Origin: Candidatus Doudnabacteria bacterium
GTDB lineage: Bacteria > Patescibacteriota > Doudnabacteria > UBA920 > 2-01-FULL-46-14
Reading direction: 5' to 3'
DNA: 64,000 bases
NCBI GenBank assembly: GCA_041497195.1
Contig: JBGQGB010000004.1
Span: 1,770-65,769, forward strand
Part shown: one piece after another, positions 35,584 to 43,732 of the stretch
Numbering within the stretch: position 1 is the first letter of the stretch
Layout: the number at the start of each line of letters is the position of its first letter
Translations under genes and position numbers: made by a program
The notes under the pieces: generated by a model
The model's input: only the letters and a program-made list of their open reading frames with translations
Databases searched by the model: none
Told to the model about the DNA's origin: nothing

Positions 35584-36432
35584 TTAGAAACCCAGGGTCG
35601 GTTCGGGTAGAATTTTTGGCTCTTGCGGTGTTGCCGAACTTTGATCTTGGCTGGAATTGGTCACACCATTGAGCTGGATTTGCGATTCGATCACTCCATC
35701 TCGCCCCTTTGATTTCGGAGGTTTGCTGGCATCCTCTGGCGTAGAGGTCGCTGCCCCTTGAACGGTCTCACCCGTGCTGTCTTGAGTATTGCCGTCTTTT
35801 AGCTTACCTGCCGAAGCTTGCGATGAATTGATGACGTCCTGGACGACCGCCCCCACATTATCGGAAACTTGGGTTTTGACTGAATCCAGAACCTGAGTTT
35901 CTTCGTTGACCAAATTTTGAGCGTTGTCGCGCAATTCCGGTTGCGCGGCCGAAGCGGCGCTGAGGACCTGCTCAGTAGTTGACTTCAAATCCTGGAGCGT
36001 GTCAGTGACAATTTGCCCTTCTTTTTTGTCCGCCACGAGCTGTTTGACCTCGTCCAGTCGGCTTTTGGCATGCTTGATGCCGACCTTGATTTTGGCTTCA
36101 TCGCTGGTGGCCAGGATTTGCTCTACTGTTTCCGTGGCTCGCTTGACCGAATATAGGGTTTCTCCCGGCAGGCTGCCTTCCGAGGCTTTGCTGACCCCGA
36201 TGGCGAGGCTGACCGCCAGGGTTAAAATGATGGCAGTGACAGCGAGGCCGCCCAAGCGGAACATGCGGACAAAAACCGAGGCTTTTTCCGATGTGGCATG
36301 CGCGAGTCGTGTCTGCCGGATATGGTTTTGCACGCGCAGCCAAGCCCCCGCTTTGTCCGGCGCGGGTGGAGTCTGGCGGGTCAGTTTCGCCAGATAGGCC
36401 CTGATAAATTGTTCGAGTTCTTTATCTTCCAT
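35584..36432 (-). CDS. DUF5667-domain membrane protein, putative anti-sigma factor
   Basis: TM helix then SLPGETLYSVKRATE...RL.E; overlaps the ECF sigma stop. Confidence 0.8.
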   Translation of the reverse strand: MEDKELEQFIRAYLAKLTRQTPPAPDKAGAWLRVQNHIRQTRLAHATSEKASVFVRMFRLGGLAVTAIILTLAVSLAIGVSKASEGSLPGETLYSVKRATETVEQILATSDEAKIKVGIKHAKSRLDEVKQLVADKKEGQIVTDTLQDLKSTTEQVLSAASAAQPELRDNAQNLVNEETQVLDSVKTQVSDNVGAVVQDVINSSQASAGKLKDGNTQDSTGETVQGAATSTPEDASKPPKSKGRDGVIESQIQLNGVTNSSQDQSSATPQEPKILPEPTLGF

Positions 36433-36976
36433 GATTGAGAAGTTTTTTTAGTTCCGTGATGGCACGATGCTGAATGACTCTGATGGTGCCCTCGGGTTTA
36501 TCCAAAATGTTCGCTATTTCGTCATTGCTGAGGTCTTCCAGAAATTTGAGCTTGATTACTACCTGCTGGTCTGCAGAAAGTGTACGTAAAGCGTCGAGAA
36601 ATAATTTTTCATCAAATCCGAGGTTGGTTTTGTCGACGAGATTGTCCTCGTATTCCAGGATATTTTCCAAATCCTCGAGATCGACAGTGATTTTTCTGGC
36701 TCGATAGTGGTCAATCACCAAATTGCGTGCAATCTGGTAGACCCAGCCGTTGAAAGCGGCGGGACCGCGGATTTCCGAGATTTTGTCCCAAACGCGGATA
36801 AACGTCTCCGAAGCCAAATCCTCGGCTGATTCCTTGTGGTTTACCCGGAAAAAGATGAACCGGTAGACCTTTTCAAAGTACAGATCATAAATCTGGCCGA
36901 AAGCTGTTTCGTCCCCAGAGGACGCTTTTCTGACCAGTTCATCAAGAACTGGTTTTTGATTTGAAGCTTCTGCCAC
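36422..36976 (-). CDS. ECF RNA polymerase sigma factor
   Basis: GD..AF..iY, AEDL..etF, W.y.IArN.viDhyR, region 4 HTH (EIA.IL.K.EGT). Confidence 0.93.
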   Translation of the reverse strand: MAEASNQKPVLDELVRKASSGDETAFGQIYDLYFEKVYRFIFFRVNHKESAEDLASETFIRVWDKISEIRGPAAFNGWVYQIARNLVIDHYRARKITVDLEDLENILEYEDNLVDKTNLGFDEKLFLDALRTLSADQQVVIKLKFLEDLSNDEIANILDKPEGTIRVIQHRAITELKKLLNHGR

Positions 36977-36996
36977 AAAAATGGCTCAAAAATAAA

Positions 36997-37022
36997 GACG
37001 AAGGAAACGGAAAATTGTTTCA
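36997..37022 (-). promoter_or_regulatory. Putative ECF autoregulatory promoter TGAAAC-N16-CGTC
   Basis: Matches the Bacillus SigW/SigM-type consensus 20 nt upstream of the sigma GTG. Confidence 0.65.
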
Positions 37023-37185
37023 TCATTATAACACAAAATCATTTAGTTTGCGTAAACAAAAAAATCACCTCGCGCAGTCTGCCGGTGATTCTGGGATAAG
37101 CACAAAATCCTGCTTGTTTTCGTTTTTCTATATTGAGAACTTATCAGTTCCCATTTTTTTGGCAGCAAATTCTTTTATCTCCGAT

Positions 37186-37641
37186 CTAATTTTTTGATTC
37201 GGCAAGCTCCTGAAAACGAGCGTAGGCAGCTTTTCTTTTGCTAGCGAGATCGCCGTATTCTTTAGCCAACCCGTCCAAGTCAGCATTTTTACTTTGAATT
37301 GCTCTTTTGTAGGTTCTAAGACCCTCTAGCTCTTTTCCAGAAAGATTCGCGACCGCAAGTGATTGGTCCATGAGTTGTGCGTCGTTTTTGATTAAAGAAG
37401 ATAGTCTAAAAGTAGCTTTTGTACTAAGTTCGACAAGGGCATCATCAGCTTTTTTCTCTAAGTCGTCAGTCTTACTAATGGAGAGATCCGAAATGGCTTT
37501 ATCAAATTTTTCGTAGGAACCAGAAAAATCCGCGAGTACCTTAACATTGTTATGATACATTTGATAAAAAAAGAAAAAAGCGCCCGCCATCACTGCTAGA
37601 GCAAGAACAAGCGCCGCTTTGTATTTTTTGATAATTTCCAT
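37186..37641 (-). CDS. Hypothetical membrane-anchored helical protein, AT-rich
   Basis: ATG 37641 (upstream extension overlaps the tRNA and is rejected); N-terminal TM; coiled coil. Confidence 0.7.
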   Translation of the reverse strand: MEIIKKYKAALVLALAVMAGAFFFFYQMYHNNVKVLADFSGSYEKFDKAISDLSISKTDDLEKKADDALVELSTKATFRLSSLIKNDAQLMDQSLAVANLSGKELEGLRTYKRAIQSKNADLDGLAKEYGDLASKRKAAYARFQELAESKN

Positions 37642-37685
37642 AATAACTGGATGCTGTTTCCCCAGGGGAGAGGGCGGGATTTTCA

Positions 37686-37849
37686 CCCAGCACCATTTTT
37701 TTAATCTGCCCAAGGCGGAGAGGATGGGATTCGAACCCATGAGGGACCTTTTAGAGTCCCGCAGTTTAGCAAACTGCTGCCTTAAACCACTCGGCCACCT
37801 CTCCGCTCTGGGTAGATATTTTGTTAAAGAAATTTATAATGGTGCTGGG
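37686..37849. repeat. 12-bp inverted repeat (CCCAGCACCATT / AATGGTGCTGGG) enclosing tRNA-Ser(GCT)
   Basis: Perfect complement at 37686-37697 and 37838-37849. Confidence 0.85.
37716..37804 (-). tRNA. tRNA-Ser(GCT)
   Basis: GGAGAGG/CCTCTCC-G; GCAGT-TTGCTAA-ACTGC; long variable arm; GGTTCGAATCC; followed by CCT, so CCA not fully encoded. Confidence 0.95.
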
Positions 37850-38038
37850 CAAGCCCACGAGGGACGTGCCGGTTTAGTCTACCTGCGGGAGATCCCCTGA
37901 AGGGGGACAAACTTTTGTTCTTTCAGCCCAAGGCGGACTCCTTTCCCCAAAAATCCATGCTCGTCCGGCCTTCAGCCATTCCTGCGCTCCTCATTTTCGG
38001 GGACCCCTTTAAATTTTGGGAACTACCTTATTTTATCA

Positions 38039-38755
38039 TCAATTCCTCGCTACAACCAGGCCCCAGACTTCGCCCACTTCCTGATGACGCAAGACCTTAG
38101 CGCATTCGTTGAGAGTGGCACCGGTCGTGGCTACATCGTCAATCAAAAGGATTTTTCGCTCGCCGAGGGATGGGCGGATTTCCGCGATAAACGCGTCTGC
38201 GATATTTTGTAGTCGCTCTTCGCGCGGCAGATCCACTTGGCTGGCAGTATTTTTGACTCGGTGCAAAATCGGCAGATAGTCGAGCCGCAGGTTTTCGGCA
38301 AAACGTTTAGCAATCGCCTCGGCCTGGTTGAAGCCGCGCGTGCGCAGTCTTTTTTCATGCAAGGGGACTGGCACCACCGCAGCCCCGCCAAAATACTCGA
38401 GCAAATCCCGGCTCGTCAGGTAGTCAGTCATCAGCGTGCCAAAACTGGCGGCAATGTCAAAGACCGAATTGTATTTGAGATGCCAAATCAATTTGCGAAT
38501 GCTCTCCGCGTGATAGTCAGCCGCCACCATCAGGCCGGTCAGGGCTACATCGCGGGAGCGGCACTCGGGATGAGTCAGGCCCAAGAGCGAATTTTTGCCG
38601 CAAACCAGGCAACGCTCCAGAGGGGCTTTCAGTTTGCCCTGGCAATTGAGGCAGAGATAGGTCCCTTCTAGGGAGCAGCCCTGACAGACTGCTGGAAAAA
38701 TCAGGTCCAGGGTCAGTTCCCAGAGAGGCGAGGCCAGTTTAGCTATTGATTTCAA
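38039..38755 (-). CDS. comF: ComF family protein (double zinc ribbon plus PRTase domain)
   Basis: FP..C..C, PVPLH..R...RGFNQA, LLIDDV.TTGATL. Confidence 0.93.
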   Translation of the reverse strand: MKSIAKLASPLWELTLDLIFPAVCQGCSLEGTYLCLNCQGKLKAPLERCLVCGKNSLLGLTHPECRSRDVALTGLMVAADYHAESIRKLIWHLKYNSVFDIAASFGTLMTDYLTSRDLLEYFGGAAVVPVPLHEKRLRTRGFNQAEAIAKRFAENLRLDYLPILHRVKNTASQVDLPREERLQNIADAFIAEIRPSLGERKILLIDDVATTGATLNECAKVLRHQEVGEVWGLVVARN

Positions 38756-41249
38756 GGCGAGTTAGTTTTCCTTGTTTTTTGAGTTTGGCCGTGGCTGTGC
38801 TACCGGGTTTGAGTTTGTTTTCCAATATGAGTTCGGCGATGCGGTCCTCGAGCAAATCCTGGAGATTGCGCCGAACGAGGCGTGCCCCTTGGGCCGGGTC
38901 AAAACTTTTGTCTGTGAGAAAGTTTACTGCGGGGCTCGGAAGCTTCAATTTGATTTTTTGGTCGTCCTTGAGCCGGTCCTGCAATTTTTTCAGTTCGAGT
39001 TTGACCACTTTTTGAATGTCTGTTTTTTTGAGGGGCTCAAAGACTACGATTTTGTCGACCCGGTTCAAAAACTCCGGCCGGAAGTGTTCCCGGATCTTTT
39101 CCAGAACCTGCTGTTTGACGAGCTCCGGGTCCAGCTCGTCCGCATTAGCTTTTGCTTTGGTGCTAAAACCGAAGCTTTGCGCCCATTTGTTGAGTTGGCC
39201 CAAGCCGACGTTTGAAGTCATAATTATCAAGGTATTGCGAAAGTTCGTTCTTTTCCCCGAGGCGTCAGTGAGCTCGCCCTCCTCGAGGATTTGCAGCAGC
39301 ATGTTCAGCACGTCGGGATGGGCTTTTTCGATCTCGTCAAAAAGAATGACGGCATAAGGGCGGCGTTTAATAGCTTCCGTGAGCCGGCCGCCTTCTTCAT
39401 ACCCGACGTAGCCGGCGGGGGCCCCGATCAGCCGGGCGACATTATGTTTTTCCATAAACTCGGACATATCGATGCGGATGAGCGCGTTTTGGTCTTCGAA
39501 AAGCTCCTGAGCCAAAATTTTTGCTGTCAAAGTTTTGCCCACACCCGAAGGCCCCAGAAACATGAATGAGCCTAGAGGTCGCAGTGGGGCAGTGATGCCG
39601 GCGCGAGAGCGGCGGATGCTGGCCGCGATTTCCGCGATGGCATGGTCCTGACCGATGATTTGATTTTTGAGATTTTTTTCCAGAGCCAAGATTTTTTGCG
39701 ATTCTTTTTTGACGATGTTTTGGGTGGGAATGCCGGTGATGCGGGCCACGGTTTCGGCGATGTGGCTGGCGGAGATTTTGAGATCGTATTTTGTTTTTTC
39801 CGTTTTTTTCTGGAGGATTTTGTGCCGGTGTTTCAGCAGTTGTACTTCGCGCTGTTTGAGGACGCGCGCCGTGGTGAAATCGCCGGTGTTGACCGCTTGT
39901 TTTTTTTGGTCGGAAAGATCGGAGAGGTCGCGTTCGATGGTATTGATCGAAGTTTTTTGAGTCCGGTTGAAGACCACGGTTTTGTAAAACGCCGCGGTCT
40001 CGTCGATGAGGTCTATGGCTTTGTCCGGCAAAAATCTTTCGGTCAGATACCGGGTCGACAATTTGACTGCGGCCTCCAACGCATCGTCTGAAATTTCCAA
40101 GTCATGGTGGGTTTCATAGTAAGGCCGCAAACCCCGCAAAATCGCCAGGGTTTCTGCGGCGTCGGGTTCTTTGATGATGATAGGCTGAAACCGCCGCTCC
40201 AGAGCAGCATCCGGTTCGATATGTTTTTTGTATTCCGCCAGAGTGGTCGCTCCGATGGCGCGCAGTTCTCCGCGGGCCAGGCCCGGTTTGAGGATATTGG
40301 CGGCATCGAGACTCCCGGTGGTTGCCCCAGCACCCACAACTGTGTGCAACTCGTCGATAAAGAGGATGATATCATTGGCCGCTTTGACTTCATCGATGAT
40401 TTGTTTGAGTCGATTTTCAAATTCGCCCCGGAACATGCTGCCTGCCACTATAAGAGCGAGATCAAGAGCGAGAATGCGTTTACCCAACAGGGTATCGGGG
40501 ACTTTGCGGTCGCGAATGGCCAGGGCCAGACCCTCGACGATGGCAGTTTTGCCGACTCCTGGATCGCCGATGAGGACTGGATTGTTTTTGGTTCGCCGGT
40601 TAAGAATGGAGATGAGTCGGTCTACTTCTTTTTTCCGGCCGATGAGCGGATCGATTTTGCCGCGCCGGGCTTTTTCGGTGAGATCGTCGGTAAAATAGTC
40701 CAGGGCCGGGGACGTGGAAGTGGTCGTGGCCGGCGGCGCTTGGGTTTCTTCCTGGTTTTTTTGCTGTTCCCGGGCGTTTAGCATCTCGGGGAACTTCGCC
40801 ACGTTTTCAAAAATCGACAACAAATTTTTTTTGATTTCGCCCGGATTGACGCCAAGGTGGGTCAGGATTTTTTGAGCCTGATTGAGTTCCTCGTCAACGA
40901 TGCCAAAGAGGAAATGCTCGGTGCCGATGAATTGGTATTCGTGCCGGCTCGCCACGACCGCCGCTTTTTCCAAAGTTTTTCTCAAATTTTCGGACATGTG
41001 CGGTCGCCAGGTTTCTCCGGGTTTCCGCTCGCTCGGGTGGATGCGGATGAGCTCAAGGCGGACCGCTTCCTGCGAGATGCGGTTTCGCAAGAGCACTTCT
41101 GTGGCAAAAGAGCTCAGCTCGGCGACAATTCCGTACAGGAGATGTTCGGTGCCGATGTGGGGGTGGCCTAATTCCCGGGAGATGTTCTGGGCGGATTTTA
41201 GCGCACCTTTGGCGCGGGTCGAGAATTTTTCATTGAGGAAGCTTTGCAT
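38739..41249 (-). CDS. clpC: ATP-dependent Clp protease ATP-binding subunit ClpC
   Basis: Two Clp-N repeats (IGTEH), GDPGVGKT and GPSGVGKT Walker A motifs; start re-set to ATG 41249 behind TATAAT. Confidence 0.93.
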   Translation of the reverse strand: MQSFLNEKFSTRAKGALKSAQNISRELGHPHIGTEHLLYGIVAELSSFATEVLLRNRISQEAVRLELIRIHPSERKPGETWRPHMSENLRKTLEKAAVVASRHEYQFIGTEHFLFGIVDEELNQAQKILTHLGVNPGEIKKNLLSIFENVAKFPEMLNAREQQKNQEETQAPPATTTSTSPALDYFTDDLTEKARRGKIDPLIGRKKEVDRLISILNRRTKNNPVLIGDPGVGKTAIVEGLALAIRDRKVPDTLLGKRILALDLALIVAGSMFRGEFENRLKQIIDEVKAANDIILFIDELHTVVGAGATTGSLDAANILKPGLARGELRAIGATTLAEYKKHIEPDAALERRFQPIIIKEPDAAETLAILRGLRPYYETHHDLEISDDALEAAVKLSTRYLTERFLPDKAIDLIDETAAFYKTVVFNRTQKTSINTIERDLSDLSDQKKQAVNTGDFTTARVLKQREVQLLKHRHKILQKKTEKTKYDLKISASHIAETVARITGIPTQNIVKKESQKILALEKNLKNQIIGQDHAIAEIAASIRRSRAGITAPLRPLGSFMFLGPSGVGKTLTAKILAQELFEDQNALIRIDMSEFMEKHNVARLIGAPAGYVGYEEGGRLTEAIKRRPYAVILFDEIEKAHPDVLNMLLQILEEGELTDASGKRTNFRNTLIIMTSNVGLGQLNKWAQSFGFSTKAKANADELDPELVKQQVLEKIREHFRPEFLNRVDKIVVFEPLKKTDIQKVVKLELKKLQDRLKDDQKIKLKLPSPAVNFLTDKSFDPAQGARLVRRNLQDLLEDRIAELILENKLKPGSTATAKLKKQGKLTRLEINS

Positions 41250-41349
41250 GTTATCATTATAACATATGGCTGAACTCAATTCCCAAGTTTACCCAGTCAC
41301 CTAGTAATGTTGCCAGTAAATTTAAGATTGCAATCATAACTTTAACATC

Positions 41350-41817
41350 ATGAGCGAAGAAACGTCTTCATCAAGCAATATAGGTGACAGGGTTTATGAC
41401 AAAGCGGTGCAGCTCCTGAGTATGCGCATGCACACGACGGGAGAGCTTCACCAAAAATTGCAGAAGCGCGGTTTCAAGGACGAGGATATTCGGCCGGTCT
41501 TGCATCGCCTGGAAGAACTGAAGTTTCTCGATGATGAGAAATTTGCGCAGATTTTTGTGGACAATTTCAAGCGCTACAAAGATTTTGGATATTTTGGGAT
41601 CAAAACCAAACTGATGCAAAGGAGGGTGCCTTCGGACATCATCGAAAAAGCGCTGGCGGAATTTTTTTCTCCTGACGATGAGCGAGCAGTTGCTCTGCGC
41701 CTCATCAAAAAATTAAAAAAAACCGGGCGGACAAAGTACGACCAGCTGGCCAGAAGTCTGCAAAGCCGGGGATTTCGAAGTGCGGTAGTCGGTGCTCTTT
41801 TGTCGGATAGGACCTGA
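41350..41817 (+). CDS. recX: Regulatory protein RecX
   Basis: A..lLs.R.h...EL..KL..rg, L.e..flDD.kFA, L.srGF. Confidence 0.9.
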   Translation: MSEETSSSSNIGDRVYDKAVQLLSMRMHTTGELHQKLQKRGFKDEDIRPVLHRLEELKFLDDEKFAQIFVDNFKRYKDFGYFGIKTKLMQRRVPSDIIEKALAEFFSPDDERAVALRLIKKLKKTGRTKYDQLARSLQSRGFRSAVVGALLSDRT

Positions 41818-41833
41818 AGCCGCCAGGTATTTT

Positions 41834-42751
41834 TTACCCGCCTTCCATTTCTTTTAGCCGTTTGATGCGTTCTTCAATCGGCGGGTGAGTGTTAAAAAGA
41901 CCGGCGAACCAGCTCCTTGCCCCGTGAGTTTGGGAGTCGAGGTGAAAAGGATTTTCGATATATAAATGGGCCGTGGCTTTGTTGGCCGCTTCCAAAGGTT
42001 CAGTATCAGCGGAAATTTTTTCGAGCGCCGAGGCCAGGCCTTCGGGATATCTAGTCAAAAGTGCGCCCGAGGAGTCAGCGAGGAATTCGCGTTTCCGCGA
42101 AATCGCCAGTTGAATGAGGGTGGCAATCAGAGGAGAGAGAAGGGCCAGAATAATTCCGACTATCATGAAAATGCCTTGTATCTGGTTGCCATCACGGGAC
42201 CGGGACCGGCCGCCGCCCCAAAATGAAAAACGTAAGAAAAAGTCTGCCAGCAGGGTAAGAACACCGGCCAGAACCACGACCAGGGTCATGAGCCTGCTGT
42301 CATAGTTGCCGATGTGTGACAGTTCGTGAGCAGCGACACCTTCAAGCTCGGTTTTGTTCAGTTTTTCCAAAATGCCTCTGGTGAAGACAATCACCGCGGT
42401 TTTGGGATTGCGTCCGGTGGCAAAAGCATTGAGCGCGGTATCGTCAATGACGTAAATCCGTGGTGTTGGCAATCCGGCCGCAATGCAGAGGTTTTCCATC
42501 AGTTTGTACAAGTCAGGATTGCTTTGCCGGTCCACCTCCTTCGCTCGGGAAATTGCTAAAGTGATGTTGGCACTGAAGTAATAGCTGATGAGTGAATAAA
42601 TGACACTGAAGCCCACAGCAAAATACAAAATCCCTGGAGAATTATATGCTTGCGAAAACACAAAACCCAAAAGAATGATGATGACCAAAAACGCGCCTAG
42701 GAGGAGCGCGGTTTTGCGTTTGTTGGAGGAAATTTGATCGTAGACAATCAC
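41834..42751 (-). CDS. htpX: Zinc metalloprotease HtpX (M48)
   Basis: NAFATGR, AHELSH, SRKREFLAD, THPP. Confidence 0.95.
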   Translation of the reverse strand: MIVYDQISSNKRKTALLLGAFLVIIILLGFVFSQAYNSPGILYFAVGFSVIYSLISYYFSANITLAISRAKEVDRQSNPDLYKLMENLCIAAGLPTPRIYVIDDTALNAFATGRNPKTAVIVFTRGILEKLNKTELEGVAAHELSHIGNYDSRLMTLVVVLAGVLTLLADFFLRFSFWGGGRSRSRDGNQIQGIFMIVGIILALLSPLIATLIQLAISRKREFLADSSGALLTRYPEGLASALEKISADTEPLEAANKATAHLYIENPFHLDSQTHGARSWFAGLFNTHPPIEERIKRLKEMEGG

Positions 42752-42815
42752 CCTGAAATAAGTTGTAGAGTTGTCAGTTGTAAGTAGCTCCCTACTTACG
42801 GCTTACAACTTACTA

Positions 42816-43364
42816 CTAAAATTTAACCTCGACTGGCTGGCCTTCTGGACCTTTTTCATCAATATCGAAAAAGGGCTTGGCCTGGAAATGCAAGATGGCG
42901 TTGACGAGATTGGTGGGAAAGACTTGGAGCTTGGTATTGAAATCCCTGACAGTGCCGTTGTAGAAGCGGCGGGCGGCTTGGATTTTATTTTCCGTATCTG
43001 TGAGGTCGCCCTGAAGCTGCAGGAAATTTTGATTAGCCTTGAGCTCCGGGTAATTCTCCGCCACAGCAAACAGGGATTTGAGGGTCGAGGACAGCATATT
43101 TTCCTTGGCTAGCTTGTCAGGCAGCCCTTGGGCGGACATTGCCTGAGTGCGGGCGGCCGTGACATCCTCAAACACGGTTTTTTCGTGCGACGCATAGCCC
43201 TTGACTGTATTGACCAAATTGGGTATCAAGTCATAGCGGCGTTTCAACTGCACCTCAATATCGCTCCATGCTTCGTCCACCTGGTTACGGGAACGGATCA
43301 GGGCATTGTAAGTGGCGATGAGCCAGATGACCACCAGCGCGATAAATATCCAAAAATAGATCAT
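42816..43364 (-). CDS. lemA: LemA family protein
   Basis: AWS.IeVQLKRR.DLIPNLV, ENYPELKAN, ARRFYN. Confidence 0.96.
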   Translation of the reverse strand: MIYFWIFIALVVIWLIATYNALIRSRNQVDEAWSDIEVQLKRRYDLIPNLVNTVKGYASHEKTVFEDVTAARTQAMSAQGLPDKLAKENMLSSTLKSLFAVAENYPELKANQNFLQLQGDLTDTENKIQAARRFYNGTVRDFNTKLQVFPTNLVNAILHFQAKPFFDIDEKGPEGQPVEVKF

Positions 43365-43441
43365 ATTTTTCCTTAATAGTTTCGTTGTCTAATAAGCTCA
43401 GTGTATACTATTATTATTACATGTCAATTTAACCGACGACC

Positions 43442-43732
43442 ATGCCGATAACCAAAAAAGAAGTCGAACATATCGCCAAACTCGCCCGCATCGAACTCAC
43501 TCCCGAGGAGGTGGAAAAGTTCCAGGGTGATTTGAACAAAGTCCTCGGATACATCGAAATTTTGAAGACCGTGAATACGGAAGGGGTGGAGCCGTTGGCC
43601 CAGGTCACGGGCTTGGAAAATGCGTTTCGAGAGGACATAGCCGAGCAATCTCCTTATCCCGCGGATATTGTGAAAAATGCGCCTGAACATTCGGGCCGGT
43701 TTATCAAGGTCAAGAAAGTTTTCGATTCATGA
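43442..43732 (+). CDS. gatC: Asp/Glu-tRNA amidotransferase subunit C
   Basis: EV.HIAKLARI, V.PL, RED, NAP. Confidence 0.95.
   Translation: MPITKKEVEHIAKLARIELTPEEVEKFQGDLNKVLGYIEILKTVNTEGVEPLAQVTGLENAFREDIAEQSPYPADIVKNAPEHSGRFIKVKKVFDS

Noticed and set aside
37642-37740. N-terminal extension of ORF 37186..37740
   Set aside because: Starts inside tRNA-Ser(GCT); the real start is probably ATG 37641.
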